In this document: piece after piece, positions 8,667 to 19,495 of the stretch
Numbering within the stretch: position 1 is the stretch's first letter
Layout: each line of letters starts with the position of its first letter
Origin: Nitrosopumilaceae archaeon
GTDB taxonomy: Archaea; Thermoproteota; Nitrososphaeria; Nitrososphaerales; Nitrosopumilaceae
Assembly: GCA_965208905.1 (NCBI GenBank)
Contig: OZ242365.1
Location: forward strand, 1,344,001 to 1,408,000
Reading direction: 5' to 3'
DNA length: 64,000 nucleotides
The notes under the pieces: generated by a model
Told to the model about the DNA's origin: nothing
Databases searched by the model: none
What the model saw: only the letters and a program-made list of their open reading frames with translations
Program-made: the position numbers and the translations under genes

Positions 8667-9941
8667 TTGTTGAATCTTGTAGAGAAGATACTGGCCCGGG
8701 CATCAAAGCGGGATAGTGTATCACCCGGCGATGTGATATTTGCCGATGTGGACAAGGCCATGCTGCATGATGTCTCTGGCCCTGGCGTTATCAAGGTGTT
8801 TGAAAAGCTAAAAAAAAAGGGAATAAAGACCGACAAACTCTGGAACCCCTCAAAAGTCTGGGTGGCTGAAGACCACTTTGTTCCATCTGCAGAGAAGATA
8901 TCTGCGCAAAATATAGTGAAATTATCAAAGTTCACAAAATCATATGGAATCCAACGTCACTACAAGTATGGCATGGGTCAGTATGGCATATGCCACTCTC
9001 TGTCTCATGAGGAAGCACTGGTACTTCCAGGCGAGGTATATGTTGGTGGCGACTCTCACACAAACACCACCGGCGCATTGGGAGCCTTTGCCTGCGGATT
9101 GGGTCATACAGACATGGCATATGTACTGTTACATGGTCGTATATGGTTCCGCGTACCCGAGACCATACTGTTCAAGATAAGTGGTAGCCTACCAAAGAGT
9201 GTGAGCGCCAAGGATGTAATACTGCGCATTATAGGCGATATTGGTACTGACGGTGGCGCATATCGTACAATGCAGTTTGCTGGAGATACAGTATCTAACA
9301 TGTCTGTTGAGGATAGATTGACACTGTGCAACATGACCACCGAAGCCGGAGCAAAAAACGGCATTGTCTCAGCAGACAACAAGACGATACAATACTTGAC
9401 CGAGAGAGGAGCCTCATCAATATCTCCAATATATCAAGATGATGATGCAGAGTACTCAGATGTATATGAGTATGATGCAGAGTCTCTTGTACCCGTGGTT
9501 GCAGAACCTTATTCTCCTGAAAATGTAACTCCTGTATCCGAGGCGCCTACAGAAGATTTGGACAAAGCATACATTGGGTCTTGCACAGGTGCCAAATACG
9601 AAGATCTGGTGGCCGCCACCCGCATACTCAAAGGTCGAAAGGTAAAGATTCGCACCGAAGTGTTACCTGCTACAATATCGATATATAGACGTGCTGTAGA
9701 GGGCGGTCTTGTATCTACACTGATGGAGTCTGGCGCCATGGTTGGCCCCCCCACATGTGGTGCATGTTGTGGAGCTCACATGGGTGTACTGGCGGATAAA
9801 GAGGTGTGCATAAGTACTACAAATCGTAACTTCCCTGGTAGGATGGGTCATGTAACGTCACGAACGTATCTGGCCTCACCTGCAGTGGCCGCAGCCTCGG
9901 CAGTGACTGGCCGTATAACTCATCCGGAGGATTTGGATTGA
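8667..9941 (+). CDS. Archaeal-type isopropylmalate/homoaconitate dehydratase large subunit
   Basis: GICH, GGDSHT, YIGSCTG, CGACCG, STTNRNFPGRMG. Confidence 0.9.
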   Translation: MLNLVEKILARASKRDSVSPGDVIFADVDKAMLHDVSGPGVIKVFEKLKKKGIKTDKLWNPSKVWVAEDHFVPSAEKISAQNIVKLSKFTKSYGIQRHYKYGMGQYGICHSLSHEEALVLPGEVYVGGDSHTNTTGALGAFACGLGHTDMAYVLLHGRIWFRVPETILFKISGSLPKSVSAKDVILRIIGDIGTDGGAYRTMQFAGDTVSNMSVEDRLTLCNMTTEAGAKNGIVSADNKTIQYLTERGASSISPIYQDDDAEYSDVYEYDAESLVPVVAEPYSPENVTPVSEAPTEDLDKAYIGSCTGAKYEDLVAATRILKGRKVKIRTEVLPATISIYRRAVEGGLVSTLMESGAMVGPPTCGACCGAHMGVLADKEVCISTTNRNFPGRMGHVTSRTYLASPAVAAASAVTGRITHPEDLD

Positions 9942-10417
9942 GTGGCAAAGTAGTAAAGTATGATCAAGACAATATAGACACCGATGTTATAATCCCTGGT
10001 CAATACCTAAAGATACACGACTATGCGGAGCTGGCCACACATGCAATGGAGGGACTAGACGAGTCCTTTCACTCTAAAAAGGGGACGTATATAGTTGCAG
10101 GTAGGAATTTTGGCTGCGGCTCATCGCGAGAACATGCGCCCATTGCACTATCTGAATCCGGCATAAAAGCAGTCTTAGCACTATCTTTTGCGCGCATATT
10201 TTATAGAAACTCAGTGGATGGAGCATTTCTCCTACCTATAGAGATTGACCAACATACATACAATGAGATATCTGATGGTGATGATATACAAGTCGACATA
10301 ACATCAAACAAGGTAATGAATAATACCACCAAAAAGACATATTCAATAAAACCATTTCCAGATATTATACGAGATATAATAGATGCTGGAGGCTTGTTTG
10401 GGTATGTCCCAAAATAG
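9938..10417 (+). CDS. Archaeal-type isopropylmalate/homoaconitate dehydratase small subunit
   Basis: [30 protein letters not shown]. Confidence 0.9.
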   Translation: MSGKVVKYDQDNIDTDVIIPGQYLKIHDYAELATHAMEGLDESFHSKKGTYIVAGRNFGCGSSREHAPIALSESGIKAVLALSFARIFYRNSVDGAFLLPIEIDQHTYNEISDGDDIQVDITSNKVMNNTTKKTYSIKPFPDIIRDIIDAGGLFGYVPK

Positions 10418-10418
10418 T

Positions 10419-11825
10419 ATGGCACGTACACTGTTTGAGAAGGTTTGGGATGCACACCAGATAATACCAAAGAGTACTGGTCCATCTTTGATATATATCG
10501 ACAGGCACCTCATACACGAAGTTACATCCCCTCAGGCATTTGATGGACTCAGACTTGCATCTAGACGGGTGCGCCGGCCTGACCTGACCGTGGCCACAGT
10601 AGATCATAACATACCTACAGGCAGACGCGGCCTACCGATACTGGATCAGACCTCATCAGTACAGATAAACACTCTGGAGTCAAACTGCAAAGAATTTGGA
10701 ATAAAACTGTACGGCATGGATAGTCCACAACAGGGTATAGTGCATGTTATTGGCCCTCAACTAGGCATCACACTGCCGGGTAGTACTATTGTATGTGGCG
10801 ACTCACACACATCAACCCATGGAGCCTTTGGTGCATTTGCTCTGGGGATTGGTACGAGTGAGGTGGAGCATGTCTTAGCTACACAGACACTCTGGGTGGT
10901 AAAACCCCGAACATACAAGATTGTAATGAGCGGCCAAACAAGACGTGGTGTTACATCCAAGGATTTGATACTATACATGATACGACATCTGGGTACTGGC
11001 GGTGGCGCCGGCTCTGTCTTTGAGTATATGGGTGATGCCATACGTGGCATGAATATGGAGCAGCGTATGACCATATGCAACATGTCAATAGAGGGAGGAG
11101 CGCGGGCCGGTATGATTGCGCCCGATGACACAACGTATGATTATCTGCGCAATCGCCTTCATACACCACCTAATTTTGAACATATGGTGGATAGATGGAA
11201 GGAGACACTATACACTGATAATGATGCCAAGTTTGATAGATCATTTACCATAAATACGGATAGCGTATCTCCCCAGATATCTTGGGGGACCAACCCCGGC
11301 ATGACATGTGATATAACCGATACCGTTCCAGACCCCATAAACTACTCTGGTGGCGACATAAATCTGGAGCGGGGGGCTCGTCGAGCCTTACAATACATGA
11401 ACCTTGAGCCTGGAACCCCGATGACCGACATCAAGGTGGATAGAGTCTTTATCGGATCATGTACTAATGCCCGTCTACACGATCTTGTGGAAGCATCGGA
11501 TATCATTCAAGGTGGCCATGTGGCAGAAGGCGTACGCGCCATGGTGGTACCCGGCTCCCAAATGGTCAAAGCGCAGGCAGAAGAGATGGGAATCCATGAC
11601 ATATTCATAAATGCCGGCTTTGAATGGCGTAACTCTGGCTGTAGCATGTGTCTAGGCATGAACCCTGACATTCTAGAGCCTGGCCAACGATGTGCTAGTA
11701 CCTCGAACCGTAACTTTGAGGGCAGACAAGGTAGTGGTGGACGTACACACTTGGTAAGCCCGGCCATGGCGGCAGCTGCTGCAATACACGGCAAATTCGT
11801 CGATATACGGGAGTTGATACAATGA
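10419..11825 (+). CDS. leuC: 3-isopropylmalate dehydratase large subunit
   Basis: [53 protein letters not shown]. Confidence 0.95.
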   Translation: MARTLFEKVWDAHQIIPKSTGPSLIYIDRHLIHEVTSPQAFDGLRLASRRVRRPDLTVATVDHNIPTGRRGLPILDQTSSVQINTLESNCKEFGIKLYGMDSPQQGIVHVIGPQLGITLPGSTIVCGDSHTSTHGAFGAFALGIGTSEVEHVLATQTLWVVKPRTYKIVMSGQTRRGVTSKDLILYMIRHLGTGGGAGSVFEYMGDAIRGMNMEQRMTICNMSIEGGARAGMIAPDDTTYDYLRNRLHTPPNFEHMVDRWKETLYTDNDAKFDRSFTINTDSVSPQISWGTNPGMTCDITDTVPDPINYSGGDINLERGARRALQYMNLEPGTPMTDIKVDRVFIGSCTNARLHDLVEASDIIQGGHVAEGVRAMVVPGSQMVKAQAEEMGIHDIFINAGFEWRNSGCSMCLGMNPDILEPGQRCASTSNRNFEGRQGSGGRTHLVSPAMAAAAAIHGKFVDIRELIQ

Positions 11826-12382
11826 AGCCCTTTGATAATGTCACATCACGCATAACGCCGCTTCCTGACCACAATGTAGATACCGACCAAATAATACCAA
11901 AACAGTTCCTAAAACTGGTCACCAGAACAGGTTTTGGCAAGTATCTGTTCTTTGATCGTAGAAGTTCTGACTTTGTCCTAGACGATCCAAGATACAAAGG
12001 TTCCAAAATTTTAGTAGCCGGGGATAACTTTGGTTGTGGCTCATCCCGGGAACATGCAGTATGGGCGCTTCAGGACTTTGGCTTTGATGTTGTAATATCT
12101 ACATCGTTTGCGGACATATTTTATAGCAACTGCATAAAAAACGGCGTTCTTCCCATATGCATACCTGATACACAGACACTGTTATCCGAAAAGAATAGCA
12201 TCACTGTAGATCTCCAAAGACAGACTATACAGCATACATCTGGTACAATCCATTTTGAAATTGATCCGCATCACAAGGTGACACTCTTGGAGGGCCTAGA
12301 TGACATATCACGTACACTTCAATATGACGATATGATCACTCTGTTTGAGAAGGACTCGCCGACTCCATCTGTTGTATTATAG
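11822..12382 (+). CDS. leuD: 3-isopropylmalate dehydratase small subunit
   Basis: [28 protein letters not shown]. Confidence 0.95.
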   Translation: MKPFDNVTSRITPLPDHNVDTDQIIPKQFLKLVTRTGFGKYLFFDRRSSDFVLDDPRYKGSKILVAGDNFGCGSSREHAVWALQDFGFDVVISTSFADIFYSNCIKNGVLPICIPDTQTLLSEKNSITVDLQRQTIQHTSGTIHFEIDPHHKVTLLEGLDDISRTLQYDDMITLFEKDSPTPSVVL

Positions 12383-13064
12383 TCTGTATTGTGTCATGGT
12401 GTCTATCCAGTATTATGGGAGACTCTATGTCCACCCATGGTGTACTACCTATGTCATAAGACACTATGGTGTCTGTTTTAGAGAGTTCCTCTAGTATGTC
12501 ATATGACAGATTGACATGGCCCTTCTTCTCTCTTATTGCCTGCATGACATTATCTCCGAGCATGTATATTCCCAGACACTCCTGGTGTGGCAATCGCAAT
12601 ACTGGCTTTTCTCGGAACTCTTGTATTATACTCTCTTCAGTTACAGTGGCAAAGCCGGTCTCTTCTTGTCGATAAGATCGTGTAGCTATACAGGCAGATG
12701 CAGACTTTGCCTTGTACAGCTCTGCCATGGATGGTATATTTAATGCGCACAGATTATCCGAGAACCACAGTATAAAGTCGCCTTCCACATCTACACATCG
12801 TAGGTCCCCCCCCGTACCATCACTGCCATCCTGAACAAATGTTATGGGTTTGTCACTGTGCTTGTAGTAGTTTTGAATCTGTGCACCCATGTTGGCTAAA
12901 TCTGTTATTATGATGATGTCTGATATGGCATCAAAGGATTCCAGATAGTCTGTTATGTATTGTATGATGGGTTTGCCGTTTATGGGCATCATGGTCTTTG
13001 GAAAGTATTCGGTAAAAGGACGGGCTCGTTTGCCCTGCCCACCTGCCATGATGACTGCCTTCAT
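12336..13064 (-). CDS. NDP-sugar pyrophosphorylase family nucleotidyltransferase
   Basis: KAVIMAGGQGKRARP...PKTMMPINGKPII, GTGG. Confidence 0.85.
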   Translation of the reverse strand: MKAVIMAGGQGKRARPFTEYFPKTMMPINGKPIIQYITDYLESFDAISDIIIITDLANMGAQIQNYYKHSDKPITFVQDGSDGTGGDLRCVDVEGDFILWFSDNLCALNIPSMAELYKAKSASACIATRSYRQEETGFATVTEESIIQEFREKPVLRLPHQECLGIYMLGDNVMQAIREKKGHVNLSYDILEELSKTDTIVSYDIGSTPWVDIESPIILDRHHDTIQTIIQQMESASPSQTE

Positions 13065-13507
13065 CGGTATGACTTTTGTTTTCGGCGCCGTGCACCAGGC
13101 CCACCAAACTTTTTGGGCTCTTTGCGTCGGGCATCTCCGCTTATCAGATACTTGTCATAGTCGGTCAATCTCTTTCGCAGATCGTCTCGTACAGGTTTTT
13201 GTAGAGGATGATCCTTTGGCTCCTTACGTGACTTTGTCCAACCCACTAAGGCTCGGGATATGGCAATGGATGCGGCTCCTGCCTGACCCATATATCCTCC
13301 CCCTCTGACTCTTACTGAGATGTCCACCTTGTCGCGAACGTCTCCCACCACCTCTAGTGGCGCCAACATGGTCTCACGCGCTACCTCTTGCGGTATAATC
13401 TCTATGGGTATGTTGTTTATTCGAACACTACCATGACCTTTCTGTATGTGTACAAAAGCCCTTGCGGTCTTTCGTGTGGCAAAGTAAATTTCAGTCTTGA
13501 TGGTCAT
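13061..13507 (-). CDS. rps9: 30S ribosomal protein S9
   Basis: VRGGGYMGQA, EPKKFGGPGARRRKQKSYR. Confidence 0.97.
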   Translation of the reverse strand: MTIKTEIYFATRKTARAFVHIQKGHGSVRINNIPIEIIPQEVARETMLAPLEVVGDVRDKVDISVRVRGGGYMGQAGAASIAISRALVGWTKSRKEPKDHPLQKPVRDDLRKRLTDYDKYLISGDARRKEPKKFGGPGARRRKQKSYR

Positions 13508-13968
13508 TCAGTCCACCCTATAGTCCTGCCTAAATCTGCCATTGTTGTATAGTTTGGTGCATCTCGGGTTATGTATGCCTTTTGTATTGTAATCTTTTTG
13601 AGCGACTTTACATCCTTGGGAGCTCCTATATAGGTACGCAACCGTTTGTGGGCTGCACGGCCAGAGGGCTTTTTGCGTGGAAGCATGCCGCGAATCATTC
13701 TCTTCATTATGGTGTCCGGTCGCCGGGGGTGGAATGGTCCGTGCTTGGGGTTTAGTATACTGGATATCTCTAGAAAGTCTCTATACTCTTTTATGATGTT
13801 TGAGCGGGTGCCACTAATCATTATCTTTTCACAGTTTATCAGAGTTACATGATTGCCATTTAGCAACATCTTTGCCGCGTGCGATGCCAGCCTGCCGGCT
13901 ATATGATTTGTAGAGTCTATGACTATGTGTTCGCTGGTGCCTTTCGGCTCTACTGCTTTGTCATCCAA
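13504..13968 (-). CDS. rpl13: 50S ribosomal protein L13
   Basis: HIAGRLAS, GPFHPRRP, IRGMLP. Confidence 0.95.
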   Translation of the reverse strand: MDDKAVEPKGTSEHIVIDSTNHIAGRLASHAAKMLLNGNHVTLINCEKIMISGTRSNIIKEYRDFLEISSILNPKHGPFHPRRPDTIMKRMIRGMLPRKKPSGRAAHKRLRTYIGAPKDVKSLKKITIQKAYITRDAPNYTTMADLGRTIGWTE

Positions 13969-14308
13969 GAAGAATCACTCCGGTACCTGTTGGTCTTTCG
14001 TTGGTCAGTGTCTTATAATCTAATATACGGCCACCAGCATTTGTGACCTTTGATACGGCAGTCTTAGATATGTCAAAGCAGAACAGCGATATGTTGTGTG
14101 TTATGTCTCCGGTACCCAACACCTTACCTGGAAATATCACAACATCGCCATCTTTAGTCAACTTTTCAATACCATTAACATTTATGACTCTCTTGGAGAT
14201 TGCAGTCTTTAGTGCAAACTCTGAAACCCTCTTCCAGATGGGCGCCTTGTGCGTTACAGACATTCGTCTCAAATCTCGAGCCATGCGCACAATATGCTCA
14301 TTTACCAT
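13961..14308 (-). CDS. rpl18e: 50S ribosomal protein L18e
   Basis: APIWKRV, PGKVLGTG; conserved rpoD-L18e-L13-S9 order. Confidence 0.93.
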   Translation of the reverse strand: MVNEHIVRMARDLRRMSVTHKAPIWKRVSEFALKTAISKRVINVNGIEKLTKDGDVVIFPGKVLGTGDITHNISLFCFDISKTAVSKVTNAGGRILDYKTLTNERPTGTGVILLG

Positions 14309-14335
14309 GTCGTCATTGTCCCTAAAGTGCCCATA

Positions 14336-14956
14336 TTAATCTATGACTTGTTTGAACTCTTCTAGCCTGCCCGATAACTCTTGCATACCAGCCATTATGA
14401 TATCTGCAGGATCTCGAGATCCCGTAGTCTCTACCTTTAATTCAAACCCATCCTCTTCTGTGCCGGTCAATACGGAGATGTTTGCCGAGTTCCACTTTGC
14501 ATGTTCGGACCCACGTCCTAATTTAGCATGACATTCCATGACTACTTTTTGCATGGGGGCCAATGTGGCTATTGGAATGTCATCGTTTACCGGCCTCACC
14601 TCCGGGTCCTCAGAGGAGAGTCGTGCTGTTGTTACATCTGTAGTTTGATCAGTCTTACCCGAGTCTAGTACCAGCATGACAGTACTGTTGGAACCCTCAT
14701 CCTCCCCTTGATAGTCGCGCTGATCAGACATGTACTTCCCTGATGGTGTTGTGAGTGGCACCAATGCCAAGCGATGCGCCAGATACTCGTCGGCAAATAC
14801 GGTGGTGTTCTCTATTACATCTACTGTCTCTATGGCAAATGTGGGTACACCGTTTAGACATATTCGTCGGAGGGCATTGGCGTATTGTATGGGAAACCCA
14901 TTCATCTTTATGGTTATACTGGTATCACTTCTGTCTATTACCTCAACTGAATACAA
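14336..14956 (-). CDS. rpoD: DNA-directed RNA polymerase subunit D (Rpo3)
   Basis: ANALRR, DEYLAHRLALVPL, GRGSEHAKW. Confidence 0.95.
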   Translation of the reverse strand: MYSVEVIDRSDTSITIKMNGFPIQYANALRRICLNGVPTFAIETVDVIENTTVFADEYLAHRLALVPLTTPSGKYMSDQRDYQGEDEGSNSTVMLVLDSGKTDQTTDVTTARLSSEDPEVRPVNDDIPIATLAPMQKVVMECHAKLGRGSEHAKWNSANISVLTGTEEDGFELKVETTGSRDPADIIMAGMQELSGRLEEFKQVID

Positions 14957-15064
14957 TCTAGTCTGTCAACTAATTTTACAAATATGAATGTAACTTTTTA
15001 CAGACACGTATGTATTTGCCCCTACCTCGCAACTGTATGCGGCCCACACAAGCTGGCAATAAAC

Positions 15065-15765
15065 GGAATTGTAACATCTATGTAACCGGAGCTGGGGCGT
15101 AACACGCGTAACCCAGCTGGCCTGTGTAGATGTGACAATTCTATGAGCGGGAAGAGGTTATCAAGATTATCGAAGGTTATTCGTCCACTTGGTGTGTATC
15201 CAACCCAATTCTATCTTCTAGGGCCAGTAACACCTGTGAATCAAACTGATAGAGCCTTCGCCATCGGGCCACTCATCGTATTCAATGCTATAATGACATC
15301 TGTTGAACTTCTTACTGAACTCGAAGTCGGTCGGGTCAACCCGGTGTAAAGTCTCACCATCCCCAACCATTCTAGGTATCTCCACACCACACTCCGCGAC
15401 AAGAGTAGTGTTTGTAAACGTCAAACGATTACCCTCTTTGGTGACAGTTATGAGGCAATCATTTTGGCTGGTAGCATAGAGCGCTACACTTCCTAGGCTT
15501 TCTGTAATCGCTACACTCCACTCCTCAGGAATGCCTTCCAAGTCATGTGGCTGGTTATTGGTTGGCGGCACCCACCACCAACTCGGCACCACCATGTCAA
15601 AGATAAATCCTCCTACGATCACCAGCAGTCCGATGGTGGCATACTTATAGGTGTTGCGGGTCATGGTAGCTCCAACGTAGTGCACCGTTATAAGCATTAA
15701 GATGATTCTGCCAGTCTGACTATGCGTGTTACACCACGATCAGATTACGTGGATGTTACAACTCC
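15065..15765. mobile_element. Transposase-less TIR cassette with one passenger gene
   Basis: About 48-bp imperfect TIRs GGAATTGTAACATC...GTAACACGC versus GGAGTTGTAACATC...GTAACACGC; no TSD found. Confidence 0.65.
15218..15664 (-). CDS. Hypothetical membrane-anchored protein
   Basis: N-terminal TM segment IGLLVIVGGFIF, four Cys in soluble part. Confidence 0.55.
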   Translation of the reverse strand: MTRNTYKYATIGLLVIVGGFIFDMVVPSWWWVPPTNNQPHDLEGIPEEWSVAITESLGSVALYATSQNDCLITVTKEGNRLTFTNTTLVAECGVEIPRMVGDGETLHRVDPTDFEFSKKFNRCHYSIEYDEWPDGEGSISLIHRCYWP

Positions 15766-15818
15766 ACAGAATAGATAGATATCTAAGGTCGGTGTTTGCA
15801 TGTAACTGGTGAAGTGTA

Positions 15819-16064
15819 ATGTATGAAGACCGAATATTACGTCTATTAGAACAAAACCCAACAGCCTTATACACAGAGGAAGATATCCAATTAACACTCA
15901 TTGGTAAAAATTCGGACTTATTTCAACGACATAATCCGCTCATGATTAGTCCAGAACGCCATAACCTCACTAAGGCTTTGGCAAATTTGGTACAGCGGGG
16001 CAAAGTATACAAAAACAAAACCGAAAATAAAGTACTATGTGGTGTCCAACAATGGTTCTATTAG
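15819..16064 (+). CDS. Hypothetical small protein, possible winged helix
   Basis: ILRLLEQ...LTKALANLVQRGKVYK. Confidence 0.45.
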   Translation: MYEDRILRLLEQNPTALYTEEDIQLTLIGKNSDLFQRHNPLMISPERHNLTKALANLVQRGKVYKNKTENKVLCGVQQWFY

Positions 16065-16383
16065 CTTAACATAAGGCATTGTTGGGAAGTATGTTTTAGG
16101 TTACTCGTGTTATACTATACACCAGGTTACGTAGATGTTACAGAATCCAATAAACACAACATTTAACAAAAGATATGCTTTATGCGCGGGGCGCCTGCTA
16201 GGAGCCTGCACAAGGCCATGCCGCGCAGTACCTGACAGGATAGTCCGCTGTCACCCGGAAGTGGGAATGCCCACTATCTACCAGAACAAGAATCTTTCCG
16301 TACTTGCGGTACAGCCCAACCAAGCGCAGAACGAATGTTACAGAGTCGATTCTATTTATATGCGAACAATGAGAATACGGCGG

Positions 16384-17013
16384 ATGAGCCGCCCCGTTGA
16401 CGTACTGTACAAGATAGTGTCCAGAAGAGGCTTGAGCAGGATGCTCACGTTCGACACACCCCATCTGTTCAAGGCTATCCACACGATGTTCCACCAGACG
16501 TATACCAGCCGCCAAACACTATGCGACAGTCTACGTATAGGGGAGGGGGCAGCAAAGACTCTGGTGTTGCGCCTAAAGCAGTCCGGCCTGGCAGACACCA
16601 TACGGGCAGGCATGTTTTTGACCGGCGATGGTAGGCGTTTTGCTGAGGAGATGTTCCGGACAATACCGTCTCAGTGCCCCGTGGGGCCATGTAGCGTAGC
16701 AAACCAGAGACACAATCACGCGATTCTCGTGAGAGGTTACGCATCGGGAATAGGCAGCGGCATAGACCAGCGCGACTATGCAATAATGTACGGAGCCAAA
16801 GGCGCGACCACCCTGGCCTTCAAAGGCGGCAGGTTCGTATTTCCCAATGAGGTGGTGGACTGCCTGGGCGAGGATCATGAGGCAAGGACCGCCCTGCTTG
16901 ATGGTCTGAGGCCCATGGATGGCGATCTGGTCATCACTGCGTCCGCTGACGATCCCCTCGTAGCTGAAATCTCTGCGATCAACTCCGCACTACGGACGCT
17001 ATACTCAGATTAG
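16384..17013 (+). CDS. Archaeal wHTH regulator (DUF4443-like)
   Basis: SRQTLCDSLRIGEGAAKTLVLRLK, SGIDQRDYAIMYGAKGATT; start uncertain. Confidence 0.7.
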   Translation: MSRPVDVLYKIVSRRGLSRMLTFDTPHLFKAIHTMFHQTYTSRQTLCDSLRIGEGAAKTLVLRLKQSGLADTIRAGMFLTGDGRRFAEEMFRTIPSQCPVGPCSVANQRHNHAILVRGYASGIGSGIDQRDYAIMYGAKGATTLAFKGGRFVFPNEVVDCLGEDHEARTALLDGLRPMDGDLVITASADDPLVAEISAINSALRTLYSD

Positions 17014-17090
17014 GCATCACCGATGATGCAGATGCCGTGTGTGGCGGCGCCTTTTCGCGCCCCTGTTGCCGTAAATGTGATGTACGCATG

Positions 17091-17822
17091 TCAGTGTTGC
17101 TCCAACTTTGTTTCGGAGTCTGGCCTAAACCTCTGCCACAGGGTACCCAGGATTATGGCTAACGCGGTCCAGAATATGGTGACGCCGACGGCCGACATAA
17201 TCCTGAATCCGTCCAGCAACTCTGCCTGAATTGTTACCTCGTCCAGGTTGGGCGGCATCAGCGCAAACGCAACAGCCACCAGCGCAGCATATCCGGCAAA
17301 GGCCACAAACCTTCTGTTCTTCGCCACCCGCCGGTACACCTGGTAAAAGCCCACGACACCAAATCCTGTGATGGCAATAAACGAGAGGTAGAGTACCGCG
17401 CGCAGTACGACTGTCTCGCCATCCCCCACCGTGGGTGGGTTCGCCGGGTACTTGAGGAACGGGACCAAGTATACAGAGAACCACATGATTGCAGCCAGTA
17501 CTGAGGCCCTCTTCAGATCACCCCCCTTTGGTAGGGCATCCCTGGACAGCGCATACACTATACCAAAGAGCGCCCCCATAGACGTTCCCAATATGGCGCT
17601 GGCCAAAACCTGCCCCTCTTTCTGCCAGATCCTGTACGACTCGTACTCCGTCCAGAACTCCGGGGTGTCTTCCGCCTGACCAGACGCAAACAAGGCCTGG
17701 TTCTCTATCATGATGGCACCATCCAAGTACGGCTCCACCAAGGCCAAGTTGGCTAGGCCATGAATGGTTCCCGCCGTTGCGCCTGCAACCAGCACTACTG
17801 CAATAAAAAGAATAGTCTTCAA
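17091..17822 (-). CDS. cbtA: Predicted cobalt transporter CbtA
   Basis: VEPYLDGAIMIE, VPFLKYPANPPTVG, multiple TM segments. Confidence 0.85.
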   Translation of the reverse strand: MKTILFIAVVLVAGATAGTIHGLANLALVEPYLDGAIMIENQALFASGQAEDTPEFWTEYESYRIWQKEGQVLASAILGTSMGALFGIVYALSRDALPKGGDLKRASVLAAIMWFSVYLVPFLKYPANPPTVGDGETVVLRAVLYLSFIAITGFGVVGFYQVYRRVAKNRRFVAFAGYAALVAVAFALMPPNLDEVTIQAELLDGFRIMSAVGVTIFWTALAIILGTLWQRFRPDSETKLEQH

Positions 17823-17838
17823 GGCTACCTCTCAGAAT

Positions 17839-18057
17839 CTAGTGGCACGGAAATCCCGCTGCATGCCTCATGTCATGGGTCAACTCGTGAAGGTACATAT
17901 CCTCAAACGCCTGTTCACCGAATGCTATACTAAAGATATGTCCCTGATCAAAGCCAACTATAAACAGGCCAACCGCAAATACCAGCCCCAGAACCACGAT
18001 CGCAGCCACCGGTACCTTCCCAGGAGATATGGTAACTTGCATTAATGAATTTGTCAT
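17839..18057 (-). CDS. cbtB: Predicted cobalt transporter CbtB
   Basis: One TM helix plus LHELTHDMRHAAGFPCH. Confidence 0.88.
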   Translation of the reverse strand: MTNSLMQVTISPGKVPVAAIVVLGLVFAVGLFIVGFDQGHIFSIAFGEQAFEDMYLHELTHDMRHAAGFPCH

Positions 18058-18159
18058 ACCATTAGGCCTAACTCTTTGCTATATAAACCCTTGGATGATT
18101 TGTCCAATTTATAAATAAACCGTGTGGAAGACAATATTTCATAGTTTTCATGTCTTTCG

Positions 18160-18442
18160 GCTGCGGATCTGCATCGTAGACTCCTAGCCTGCCCGGAAAG
18201 CGCGGAACGTAGACGGATCCCGTCTCCCTAAACTCGGCCCGCAACCTCCGAATGTACCTTGGCGTTACTTCTGGCTCGGGTATCACGACCGACACCCTCT
18301 TGCCCTTCGCAAGTTGGTTCATGGCGTACCGGATGGCCTTAGATGCCAGGCGCTTTGTCATCTTTCTTCTTGATCGATACAATGTATAATACTCCTTTAC
18401 GGTTTACTTGATATTAGTGGGACCTAATTGTCGTACAGTAGA
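18160..18442 (-). pseudogene. IS481-family left-end remnant (TIR plus transposase N-terminus)
   Basis: End TCTACTGTACGACAATTAGGTCCC resembles the left TIR at 57677; IRYAMNQLAKG...RYIRRLRAEFRETG...PGR aligns with the N-terminus of the 57758 transposase. Confidence 0.7.
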
Positions 18443-18650
18443 CCCGCTCCTTACCATGCATAAAATATATATACGATCCGGCGGTTGAATTCTCGTTGAA
18501 TAAAATGCTATGCGGGCTAACTGTGATAACAGTGGCCTTATTGGCACGTGTAATACCAAATTTTGCCGCTGCAGAAGAACAGATACAAGCATCCTTCTTC
18601 CCATACTATGAATTTACCGAGAATTTTGATGTGCCAGAGGTGGCTCTAAA

Positions 18651-19436
18651 TTGCAACTAGACACAATACTGAGTGTAAACGATCTTTGGGTTAATTATGG
18701 GACGAAGATTGCTGTAGAGAGTGTAAGTTATGATGTACAAGAGGGTGATCTGGTAGGTGTGGTAGGTGCTAACGGATCTGGCAAGAGCTCTATGTTCAAA
18801 GCAATACTTGGATTATTACCTCATAGAGGTACTGTGAGCCTCTTTGGACGTGCATTTCATAGAGATCTGTTACGTTCAGTGGGATATGTTCCCCAAAAAA
18901 TCTCATTTGAACCTATGTTTCCGGCTACAGTATTTGATGTGGTCGCCATGGCATTGACGCGCGCTACCTTGACTCCAACCGATCGCCGGCACGGGATTGT
19001 AGATTCTGACATGTCCAACTCTGAGAAGGTAATGAAGTGCTTAAATACTGTTCGTATGTGGGGTCTACGTCACCGTAGAATAGGTGCACTCTCTGGAGGC
19101 GAGCTTCAAAGGGTCTTTATAGCGCAATCATTGGTGCGTAACCCATCATTACTAATAATGGACGAACCTGCAGTTGGCCTTGATGTAAAATCACAAAAAC
19201 TGTTCTATTCCATAATGCAGGAGGCTAATAGTGAATATGGGATAACAATGATAGTGTCATTACACAACATGGACGTGGTTAAGGAGTACAGCAATAAGGT
19301 AGTTTGTATGAATCGTACATTAGCTTTTCATGGAAAAACATCTGACTTCTTTGCAGATGAAAAGTTATTGGGGCTGTGCACAGAATACAAACTACAAGAT
19401 CGTCCTCATCCTCACGAACATTCACACGAGGCGTGA
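18651..19436 (+). CDS. Zn/Mn ABC transporter ATPase (ZnuC-like)
   Basis: GANGSGKS, GYVPQ, LSGGELQRV, MDEP; His-rich tail. Confidence 0.88.
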   Translation: MQLDTILSVNDLWVNYGTKIAVESVSYDVQEGDLVGVVGANGSGKSSMFKAILGLLPHRGTVSLFGRAFHRDLLRSVGYVPQKISFEPMFPATVFDVVAMALTRATLTPTDRRHGIVDSDMSNSEKVMKCLNTVRMWGLRHRRIGALSGGELQRVFIAQSLVRNPSLLIMDEPAVGLDVKSQKLFYSIMQEANSEYGITMIVSLHNMDVVKEYSNKVVCMNRTLAFHGKTSDFFADEKLLGLCTEYKLQDRPHPHEHSHEA

Positions 19437-19495
19437 TGTTGTATGTTACACTGAATATATGAGAGTTTTTGGTGCTATGAGTATGGAGATGCATA

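Noticed and set aside
8667-12382. Two adjacent leuC/leuD-like pairs as a novel duplication
   Set aside because: One archaeal-type and one bacterial-type pair are divergent paralogs, plausibly serving different pathways; not a recent duplication
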